Assembly (NCBI GenBank): GCA_032654565.1
Contig: JAULAX010000016.1
Span: 1-17,612 of the forward strand
Length of the DNA: 17,612 bases
Direction: 5' to 3'
Origin: Anaeromyxobacteraceae bacterium
Lineage (GTDB): Bacteria > Myxococcota > Myxococcia > Myxococcales > Anaeromyxobacteraceae
In this document: piece by piece, positions 10,601-17,612 of the stretch
How positions within the stretch are numbered: the stretch's first letter is position 1
Layout of the letters: each line of letters begins with the position of its first letter
Translations under genes and position numbers: made by a program
Notes under the pieces: generated by a model
What the model was told of the DNA's origin: nothing
What the model saw: the letters and a program-made list of their open reading frames with translations, nothing else
Databases searched by the model: none

Positions 10601-11803
10601 CTAGCTTCGCTGCAAGAGCCTGTTGAGGACGCTGCCGGCGGCGCCGACCGCGGTGGCGTTGAGCCCGAGCCGGCAGACCCGGACCTGGGTGTGGTGGTAC
10701 GGGCGCTTCCCGGCCAGGATGGCGAGCCGCTCGAGGGCCACCTCGACGAGCACGTCGAGCCGGCTCAAGGGGCCGCCGAGGATGACCACCTCGGGGTTGA
10801 TGGTCACCACCAGGTTGTGGACCACCAGGCCGAGGAGCTCGCCGGCCTCCCGGGTCCCGCGGGTGAGCGGCTCGTCGCGGCGCGCCAGCCGGTCCACCAG
10901 CTCACCGATGTGGAGGATGGGCTGGTCGAGCCCGGTGGCCAGCTTGCTGATCGCGGCCTGGGAGAGGAGGGTCTCGGCGCAGCCGCGCCGCCCGCAGGCA
11001 CAGAGCAGGCCGTCGGGATCGAGGATGGTGTGGCCGACCTCGCCGGCCACCCCGGCGTGACCGACATAGAGCCGGTCGTGGAGGACGATCCCGGCCCCGA
11101 CGCCGAACCCGAGGATGAGGAAGACCAGCGAGCTGATGGCGGAGGAGGCACCGAAGACGTACTCGCTGAGCGCCGCGGCGTTGGCGTCGTTGAGCACCGA
11201 CACCGGGAGGTCGGCGCAGCCGGCCTCGCGCAGGGCGGCACCGACCAGGCTCCCCACCGGCACATCACGCCAGCCGATGGCCGGCGCGAAGCGCAGCAGG
11301 CCGTCACTGGTCACCATGCCGGGCACGCCCACCCCGACCCCGAGCAGCCGCCGCTTCCTGGAGAGCATGGCGGCGCGCCCTTCGACGATGAGCGCCGCCA
11401 GGTCCCGCACCGACCGCGCCACCTCGCCGTGGTGGTAGTCGATCATCCTGGAGAAGAGCACCTCGCCGCGCAGGCTGCAGGCGACCACGTTGAGGTAGTC
11501 GACGCCCATTTCGGCGCCGAGGATGGCGATCCGGTCCGGGTCGAGGGCCAGCAGCTTGGGCCGCCGGCCGACGGCGCCGCCCGCCGACGAGTCGGTGGCG
11601 CGCAGCCACCCCTCGGCGATCAACTCCTTCACCAGCACGCTGACTGTCGACTCGGCGAGGCCGGTGAGCTCGGCGAGCTCGCCCCGCGCCACGCCAGGGC
11701 GAGCCTTGACGTGCCGGACGATCGACATCCGGTTGAGTCGCTTCAGCAGGCTCTGGTCGCCGGCCATCGGCTGGACCTCACTCGGGCGACCTGGAGTCGC
11801 CAT
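10601..11803 (-). CDS. ROK family transcriptional repressor (NagC/Mlc/XylR-like), about 400 aa
   Basis: N-terminal HTH (LKRLNRMSIV..RGELAELTGLAESTVSVLVKELIAEG..GRRP). ROK motifs NDANAAALSE, GFGVGAG and GEVGH, plus the zinc motif CACGRRGCAE. The start could instead be the Met 12 codons downstream (MAGDQ). Confidence 0.93.
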   Translation of the reverse strand: MATPGRPSEVQPMAGDQSLLKRLNRMSIVRHVKARPGVARGELAELTGLAESTVSVLVKELIAEGWLRATDSSAGGAVGRRPKLLALDPDRIAILGAEMGVDYLNVVACSLRGEVLFSRMIDYHHGEVARSVRDLAALIVEGRAAMLSRKRRLLGVGVGVPGMVTSDGLLRFAPAIGWRDVPVGSLVGAALREAGCADLPVSVLNDANAAALSEYVFGASSAISSLVFLILGFGVGAGIVLHDRLYVGHAGVAGEVGHTILDPDGLLCACGRRGCAETLLSQAAISKLATGLDQPILHIGELVDRLARRDEPLTRGTREAGELLGLVVHNLVVTINPEVVILGGPLSRLDVLVEVALERLAILAGKRPYHHTQVRVCRLGLNATAVGAAGSVLNRLLQRS

Positions 11804-12110
11804 GGTTGCCGCGCTTCAGCGTATGGTTTCCGAGCTGACGAACCCCTCGTTGGGGTGGGTATCAAATGACCAGACTTCGAAACCTATCTCCACTACGGAC
11901 TTTTCCAGCTCAGTCAAGCGGCCTCACGCCATTTGACGCATGCGACCAAGTGACCAAAATGTCTTTTTGCGGCAACATGTTCCGTTGCGGTGCCCGATTT
12001 TTCTCTATACCTCTTTAATAATTTCGACTCTACTACGAATTATCGCTGGCCAGCCTGGACGGTTCAGATACCCCTCGCAAGAACCAACCATCCGTACCGG
12101 AGCCTCTCGC
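11804..12110. promoter_or_regulatory. AT-enriched divergent promoter/operator region between the ROK gene and the outer-membrane operon
   Basis: The only markedly AT-rich stretch in the window. TTGACG (11933-11938) is followed after 16 nt by CAAAAT (11955-11960) on +. TTGACT lies on - at 11912-11917. An imperfect palindrome ATAATTTCG-N9-CGAATTAT spans 12018-12043. Confidence 0.6.
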
Positions 12111-12953
12111 ATGTCCACCTCCTGCACTGCCCGCTGGCTCCTTGCCGCGGCGCTCCTCCTCGGCGGCAGCGCCCGGGCCGCCGATCCGGTCGGCACCATC
12201 ACCATCTCCGACCCGACCGGTGACGACGACGGCCCCGGCACCTACGTCTACCCGACCGACGCGGTCTACAAGCCCGGCTCCTTCGACATCACCGAGTTCA
12301 AGGTGATCCCGGGCAAGGACACCGTGGAGTTCCGGGTCACGGTCAACTCGCGCATCGAGGATCCGTGGGACAGCCAGGCCTGGGGAGGCAACGGCTTCTC
12401 GGTGCAGATGGCCGCCATCCACATCGACACCGACCACGTCAAGGGCAGCGGCGTGCGCGACGGGCTGCCCGGCTTCAACGTGCGGTTCGCCGAGGACGAG
12501 GCCTGGGACAAGGTGATCATCATCTCGCCGCAGGGGCCGACCCGGATCAACTCCGAGGTCGACTCCAAGTGCCCGCAGTGGAAGGACCGGATCATCGTGC
12601 CACGGATGACCCGCGCCCAGGGCCGGACCCTGGTGGCCACCGTCGACGTCAAGCAGCTGGGCGGGCCGCCGCAGCCGGGCTGGGGCTACCAGGTGCTCAT
12701 GCAGTCCAACGAGGGCTTCCCCGCCAAGACCGATCTGCTCACCCGAAAGGTGAACGAGATGGAGGGGCAGCACCGCTTCGGCGGCGGCACCGACTACGAC
12801 AACGACCCGCACGTGCTCGACATGCTGGTGCCCCCGGGCGGCGACCCGGTGAAGAAGCAGCACGAGCTCCTCTCGAAGTACAACAAGGCGGCCACCGAGC
12901 CCAAGCCCGACGACCTGGCGGTGGTGCCCATGGTCTACCCGGGCGCCAAGTGA
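12111..12953 (+). CDS. Secreted stand-alone glucodextranase-type DOMON-like domain protein, 280 aa
   Basis: ATG at 12111 with GGAG upstream. Sec signal ending ARA. ISDPTGDDDGPGTYVYPT..PGSFDI, PW....GFSVQ..IHIDTD and PGFNV match the Glucodextran_C/DOMON-like pattern known from amylopullulanase C-termini. No catalytic domain is visible. Confidence 0.82.
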   Translation: MSTSCTARWLLAAALLLGGSARAADPVGTITISDPTGDDDGPGTYVYPTDAVYKPGSFDITEFKVIPGKDTVEFRVTVNSRIEDPWDSQAWGGNGFSVQMAAIHIDTDHVKGSGVRDGLPGFNVRFAEDEAWDKVIIISPQGPTRINSEVDSKCPQWKDRIIVPRMTRAQGRTLVATVDVKQLGGPPQPGWGYQVLMQSNEGFPAKTDLLTRKVNEMEGQHRFGGGTDYDNDPHVLDMLVPPGGDPVKKQHELLSKYNKAATEPKPDDLAVVPMVYPGAK

Positions 12954-12961
12954 GGTCCAGC

Positions 12962-14908
12962 ATGGTCCGGGCCCTGACCGTGAGGCCGCTGGTGGTGGCT
13001 GCCGCGCTGGCCGCCGCCCCCGCCGCCCTCGCCGACACCGGCAACTTCGACATCAGCGGGAAGATCTACACGAAGTACATGTACCAGAACGACGCCACCC
13101 AGGGCTGCCTGTCGATGTCCAACCCGTTCTGGGTGGACAACATCGGCGGCCACAACGGCGTCTGCACCGAGTTCGAGCTCAACATCAAGGCCCGCGTCGG
13201 CCCCAGGGTGAGCGCCGGGGTCCGCCTGCAGAGCCGCTGGGGCTCCATGTGGCAGGACTGGTGGGAGAACGGGGACCTCAAGCCCGGCACCTACGACACC
13301 TCGGGCGAGAGCCTGGGAATGAACCACGCGCAATACATCAAGCTGCGCGGGGCCTTCGTCCGCATGGCGCCGCCCATCCCCACCGTGAAGTGGGTCACCA
13401 TCGGCTCCACCGACTACTCGATGTGGAACGAGTGGACCATCGGCAAGGCCCGCTACATCGACCGCGACAACGGCAGCGGCGTCTTCATCGAGGGCGACGT
13501 ACTCCCCGGCAAGCGGCTCTCCTACACGGTGGGCGCCATGGCCCTGCCCAAGCTCTGGGCCGGCCCGGGGTGGCAGACCGGGCTGCGCAACAACGACCCG
13601 CTGGCCTCGGTGTACGGCACCGACTGGGCCTTCGCCGCCAAGGTGGAGAGCCGCCCGTTCGAGGATCTCCGCACCAAGCTGGTCGGCTCCTGGCTGCAGG
13701 ACTGGGAGGCGGACAAGAACAGCCCCTTCCTCACCGGCCGACCCGACGCCGCCCGCGGCGCCGACCACTCGGTGGCGCTTTCGACCCGCTTCCGCGGCCT
13801 CAACGCCACCCTGGACGCCACCTACACGCCGTCGTGGCTGGAGTTCCTCTCGGTGACGGGCCTGGCGGCCGTCTCCTCCAACTACGTCAACCCGCTCTAC
13901 GCCACCAACCAGGTGCGCAACGGCCAGGGCTTCTCGCCGGTGGTCTACAAGAAGAACATCCACGGCGAGGCCGTCGCCTCGGTGGGCCAGGCGCACAAGG
14001 TGCTGGTGGAGGTCTTCGACCCGCTCAAGACCGGCCTCTCCGCCAAGCTCGAGTACTTCAACATCGGCTCCGAGTACAACGCGGTCATGGGGTCGCGGCG
14101 CGAGGCCGACGTCCTGCTCACCGAGGGCATGGTCACCGGCGGCTTCACCCGCGGCGGCCAGCTCCCCACCCTCAACATCGCCAACGAGTTCCAGGACTGG
14201 GACGAGCCCTGGTACGAGTCCTGTATCGGCTGGAAGGGCGCCACCTTGCTGCTCGAGTACGTCCAGGGCCCGCTCAAGGCCACCGTCGAGGTCACCGGCA
14301 TCGGCTACAACACCAACATGCAGGGGCGGGACGTGGACTTCCAGTACCCGGATTTCCTCTACACCCACGGCTTCACCGACACCACCGCCTTCACCGCCGA
14401 CTCCGACTACGCCAACGTCTACGACCGCGGCCGCGACCCGCGCAGCGTCTACGCCGAGTACCAGGACCGGCGCACCGGCCTGGCGGTCGCCAACGTGCAG
14501 TACGCCTTCACCGGGCTGGCCGGGCTGGTGGTGAGCGGGAAGGTCAAGGTCGCCGACGATCTCGACCGCCGGCGCATCGCCAACCCCAGCGACGACTACC
14601 ACGGGAAGATGCTGATGCTCTTCGGCACCCTCTCGCTCCAGCCCACCAACGAGCTCAAGACCACGCTGGGCTACGAGTACAGCCGCTGGAGCGAAGCCAA
14701 CCGGGAGGGCTCGGAGACGGCCGGCTACTACGACTCCAGGACCCGGCGGCACACGGCGCGGGCCGGCTTCACCTACGCCTTCGGCGGCGCCAACCTCGGC
14801 TACACGCTGGAGTACTTCCACAAGGACCTGCTGCGGGACCCGCGGGCCTATTACAACATGCTCTGGAACGTCTGGCGCTCCAAGGCCACGTTCGAGGTGG
14901 CCTGGTGA
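12962..14908 (+). CDS. Putative outer-membrane beta-barrel protein (candidate maltodextrin channel), 648 aa
   Basis: C-terminal part of ORF 12365..14908. ATG after GAGG. Signal peptide ending ALA. Many amphipathic strands (FELNIKARV, VSAGVRLQ, LSAKLEYF, LKTTLGYEY, ARAGFTYAF, LGYTLEYF) and a C-terminal beta-signal KATFEVAW. The transport role is inferred from context. Confidence 0.75.
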   Translation: MVRALTVRPLVVAAALAAAPAALADTGNFDISGKIYTKYMYQNDATQGCLSMSNPFWVDNIGGHNGVCTEFELNIKARVGPRVSAGVRLQSRWGSMWQDWWENGDLKPGTYDTSGESLGMNHAQYIKLRGAFVRMAPPIPTVKWVTIGSTDYSMWNEWTIGKARYIDRDNGSGVFIEGDVLPGKRLSYTVGAMALPKLWAGPGWQTGLRNNDPLASVYGTDWAFAAKVESRPFEDLRTKLVGSWLQDWEADKNSPFLTGRPDAARGADHSVALSTRFRGLNATLDATYTPSWLEFLSVTGLAAVSSNYVNPLYATNQVRNGQGFSPVVYKKNIHGEAVASVGQAHKVLVEVFDPLKTGLSAKLEYFNIGSEYNAVMGSRREADVLLTEGMVTGGFTRGGQLPTLNIANEFQDWDEPWYESCIGWKGATLLLEYVQGPLKATVEVTGIGYNTNMQGRDVDFQYPDFLYTHGFTDTTAFTADSDYANVYDRGRDPRSVYAEYQDRRTGLAVANVQYAFTGLAGLVVSGKVKVADDLDRRRIANPSDDYHGKMLMLFGTLSLQPTNELKTTLGYEYSRWSEANREGSETAGYYDSRTRRHTARAGFTYAFGGANLGYTLEYFHKDLLRDPRAYYNMLWNVWRSKATFEVAW

Positions 14909-16365
14909 TGCGCGCACTCAAGACGGCTTCGTTGGTCCTGCTCGTCGCGCTGTCCGGCTGCGGACTCGAGGGGTTCTTCGGCAACATCACCCACTCGGCC
15001 TATGACCGGCCGGCGTCCAAGATCAGCGGCCGGGCCGCCTTCGACGGCGCCAAGGCCAGCGCCCTCACCGTGGCCACCATCGCCGGGGCGCCGCAGACCC
15101 CCTTCCAGGCGACCATCGACGGCGCCGGCAACTACGAGCTCCGCCTGCCCTCGAGCCAGTACCCCCTGCTCCGGACCCGCTACCGGGCCGCCAACGCCGA
15201 CCTGCGGATCGTGGTGGCCGGGCTGGGGGCCGAGGGGGTGGCCGGCGCCATGGACTTCGACGCCGAGCACATCACCGAGGGGCTCATCTTCGAGGCCCGC
15301 CTCAGCGCCGACGGCAAGACGGACGCCGACGGCAACATCACCACCCCCATCTCGCCGGCCGCCTTCCTCGGCCTGCGCGCCCTGGTGCGCCAGGACTTCC
15401 AGAAGGCCGGGCCGGCCAAGGACCTGCTGGAGATGGTGCGGCGCCTGCTGACCAACTACGACCGCTTCTCGCTGGTCAACGAGGCCTACTTCTTCCGCGC
15501 CCCGGTGGTGACCAAGGCCCCCGACGGCAGCTTCACCGTCACCGGCAGCCCGCTCGACAACAGCTGGCTGGTCCGCTACCCGTTCGACTACGCCGGCCTG
15601 GGCACCACCCAGGCCAGCAGCCTGCTCTTCGACCAGAAGCTGGCCGAGGTGGCCCGCACCCCGCTCTACGATCCGGCCGGCTGCCCCGACCTGACCCGGG
15701 TTCGCCTGGTCTTCACGGTGGACTTCCGGGCCGGCCAGAACAACGGCTCCTGCTCCACCGTGGATCGCTTCAAGTGGACCACCGACAAGCCCGGGAAGCA
15801 GATGTTCTTCGTGGGCTGGGTCCACGAGAAGTCGACCATCCAGGACCCCGCCACCAACACCGCGCTGGGCGCCAGCACGCCCAACACCGTCCCCATGTAC
15901 GACGACGGCACCAACGGCGACGACGTGCCGGGCGACGGCATCTGGACCGTCACCTTCGACGTGCCGCGCCGGGACCCCATGGCCCCGACCGACACGACCA
16001 GGAAGCTGCGCATCGGCTACAAGTACACGTGGGGCACCCAGGGCGTGCCCTGGACGGGCACCGAGGAGTGGCCCGGCAACTCGCGCATCCTCGAGGTGGT
16101 GGACGACAACGGCGACGACATCGTCTACCGCCACGACGTCTACGGCGACGAGTCCACCAACAAGGACAACGCCAACCTCTACTCCGGGCGCCTCCCTCCG
16201 GGGGTCAGCTTCGGCGGCTCCATCGACTGGCCCACCGACCTGCACGGCTGCGGCGTGCCGGAGTCCCACGAGAACAAGTACGACTACGCGACCTGCAGCT
16301 GCGGTCCTTACCCGAAGCCCCCCACGAGCGTCGGCCCCATCAACGTGGCCTGCACGGCCCCGTGA
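14908..16365 (+). CDS. Lipoprotein with a C-terminal CBM-like / choice-of-anchor-X-like domain, 485 aa
   Basis: The ATG overlaps the upstream TGA (TGATG at 14906-14910). Lipobox LSG-C. The segment VFTVDF..MFFVG..PMYDDGTNGDDVPGDGIWTVTF..IGYKY is CBM-like. Six additional Cys. Confidence 0.78.
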   Translation: MRALKTASLVLLVALSGCGLEGFFGNITHSAYDRPASKISGRAAFDGAKASALTVATIAGAPQTPFQATIDGAGNYELRLPSSQYPLLRTRYRAANADLRIVVAGLGAEGVAGAMDFDAEHITEGLIFEARLSADGKTDADGNITTPISPAAFLGLRALVRQDFQKAGPAKDLLEMVRRLLTNYDRFSLVNEAYFFRAPVVTKAPDGSFTVTGSPLDNSWLVRYPFDYAGLGTTQASSLLFDQKLAEVARTPLYDPAGCPDLTRVRLVFTVDFRAGQNNGSCSTVDRFKWTTDKPGKQMFFVGWVHEKSTIQDPATNTALGASTPNTVPMYDDGTNGDDVPGDGIWTVTFDVPRRDPMAPTDTTRKLRIGYKYTWGTQGVPWTGTEEWPGNSRILEVVDDNGDDIVYRHDVYGDESTNKDNANLYSGRLPPGVSFGGSIDWPTDLHGCGVPESHENKYDYATCSCGPYPKPPTSVGPINVACTAP

Positions 16366-16418
16366 TCACCGCTCCCGGGCGGTGTCCCGGGCGCATTCCA
16401 ACAACAAGGAGCAGTCCC

Positions 16419-17399
16419 ATGATGAAGCGAATCGTCACCCTGTGCCTCGGCGCCCTGGCGCTGACCATGTCCGCCTGTGGCAGCAGCGACTCCGCCACGC
16501 CCCGCCCCCCGTTCCCCCGCCCGGCCGGCCACGTGGCCGTGAACTTCTCGGCCGACGACCGGGCCAACAAGGTCTACGCAGACGGCCAGCTCAAGTGGAA
16601 GGGCAGCCTGTCGGTCGACCCGACCACCCGCGTCATGACCGTCGAGTCGACCTGGAGCGGCAAGCTCCCCGGCTCGACCGTCGGCATGTCCGCCTGGCCC
16701 CTCCTCTATGACGACGGCCCGTGGACCGACGGCGGCCACGAGCCCATCGGCGCCGTCGCCGGCGACCACATCTGGGGCGTCACCACCTTCGTCGCCCCCT
16801 CCGCCGCGGGCGGCGCGGCCAAGACCTTCGAGTACGGGCTCATCGACATCGCCTTCGCGGCGGCGGGTGCCACCGACGGCAACTGGGTCTGGAACGGCCA
16901 CCCGGGCAACGGCACGGTCGTGGTCCCGGCCGGCGCGCTGACCGACGGCTCGGCCGACGTCACCGGCCCCGGCCACACCTTCGCCAAGTACGGCGACATC
17001 GACGTCAAGATCGTCCTCAACAAGAACACCATGGACACCACGGCCACCTGGGACGCCTCGGTGGTGAAGTTCAAGGGTTCCATCACCAACTGGAACGAGA
17101 AGACGGTGACCTGCGCCGTCACCGGCCTCTGCGAGTTCGTGCTCTCCACCGTCGCCGGCCCGGCCCAGCACTCTGGCCTGGCCGTCTCGGGTGACAAGCC
17201 GGAGTGGGTCTGGGTGCTCGGCGTCCCGGTGGCCCCCGCCACCACGGGCAAGGAGTACAAGGACGCCAACGGCGCGATCATGACCGGCGTCACCGCCTTC
17301 TACAAGCGCCCCACCGACGCCACCTGGCAGTCGGCCACCATCGCCCAGGTCACCGCCGCCGGCCTGAGCAAGGGCAACACCTACATCACCATCCCGTAG
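16419..17399 (+). CDS. Lipoprotein with two probable beta-sandwich (CBM-like) domains, 326 aa
   Basis: AAGGAG at 16406-16411, 7 nt before the ATG. Lipobox MSA-C. Motifs VNFSADD..LKWKGS..LYDDG..GDHIWG..FEYG, then a second unit VKIVLN..VKFKGSITNW. Confidence 0.78.
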   Translation: MMKRIVTLCLGALALTMSACGSSDSATPRPPFPRPAGHVAVNFSADDRANKVYADGQLKWKGSLSVDPTTRVMTVESTWSGKLPGSTVGMSAWPLLYDDGPWTDGGHEPIGAVAGDHIWGVTTFVAPSAAGGAAKTFEYGLIDIAFAAAGATDGNWVWNGHPGNGTVVVPAGALTDGSADVTGPGHTFAKYGDIDVKIVLNKNTMDTTATWDASVVKFKGSITNWNEKTVTCAVTGLCEFVLSTVAGPAQHSGLAVSGDKPEWVWVLGVPVAPATTGKEYKDANGAIMTGVTAFYKRPTDATWQSATIAQVTAAGLSKGNTYITIP

Positions 17400-17421
17400 G
17401 TCGAGCCGTTCCGTCACATCC

Positions 17422-17458
17422 GGGCCGGCGGGAGTCTTCCCGCCGGCCCCTTCATTTC
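17422..17458 (+). terminator. Intercistronic hairpin (weak intrinsic terminator or mRNA-stabilising stem)
   Basis: GGGCCGGCGGGA-GTCT-TCCCGCCGGCCC is a perfect 12-bp stem (17422-17449), followed by CTTCATTTC, an interrupted U-tract. Confidence 0.65.
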
Positions 17459-17467
17459 GGTGAGACC

Positions 17468-17612
17468 ATGCCCGCCATGGACCTTCCTGCCAGGCCATTC
17501 CCCGCGCTCCTCACCCGAACCGCGCTGGTCGTCGCGCTGGCCGCGCTGTCCCCGGTCCCAGCAGCCCAGGCCCGGTCCGCTCCCGTCCCCGTGATCTCCT
17601 TCGAGGACGACG
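17468..17612 (+). CDS. 5' fragment of a secreted protein, possibly another DOMON-like protein; runs off the window
   Basis: Manual translation: MPAMDLPARPFPALLTRTALVVALAALSPVPAAQARSAPVPVISFEDD. It has a hydrophobic signal with AQA and no stop before the window end. An alternative ATG is at 17477. Confidence 0.55.
   Translation, partial: MPAMDLPARPFPALLTRTALVVALAALSPVPAAQARSAPVPVISFEDD

Noticed and set aside
7112..11869. 1585-aa plus-strand ORF
   Set aside because: Antisense shadow of the pullulanase and ROK genes. Stop-free reverse frames are expected with strong GC3 bias, and it has no recognisable motifs.
11940..12110. Upstream in-frame extension of the DOMON-like gene (start at 11940)
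   Set aside because: It runs through the AT-rich promoter region with atypical codons. The signal peptide and RBS fit the ATG at 12111.
12962..14908. SusC/TonB-dependent receptor call for the barrel
   Set aside because: No visible TonB box or N-terminal plug domain. Barrel-like strands begin immediately after the signal peptide.
12365..16418. Apparent large overlaps among ORFs 12365..14908, 13249..16365 and 15774..17399
   Set aside because: The same artefact of alternative frames lacking stops. The true starts at 12962, 14908 and 16419 have signal peptides and an RBS or stop/start coupling.

Overview
High-GC bacterial DNA, probably from a diderm organism. The lipoprotein-rich style suggests Myxococcota (e.g. 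Anaeromyxobacter-like), but that is inference only. Almost the whole window is one alpha-glucan (starch/pullulan/maltodextrin) utilisation locus. The left half encodes three exported GH13 enzymes with intact catalytic triads: a MalS-like alpha-amylase, an alpha-amylase fused to an Ig-like and a glucodextranase-type DOMON domain, and a pullulanase with tandem CBM41. It also encodes a lipid-anchored AGE-family epimerase homologue and a small orphan lipoprotein. A ROK-family repressor lies divergent from the right-hand operon. That operon encodes a secreted DOMON-like protein, a 648-aa outer-membrane beta-barrel with no plug or TonB box, two lipoproteins with starch-binding-module-like domains, and a truncated secreted protein. 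The most interesting signal is this barrel-plus-lipoprotein operon, which looks like an outer-membrane alpha-glucan capture and uptake system that is neither SusC/SusD nor canonical LamB/MalM. No RNA genes, CRISPR arrays or mobile elements were seen. All family calls come from motif recognition by eye; no searches were run.
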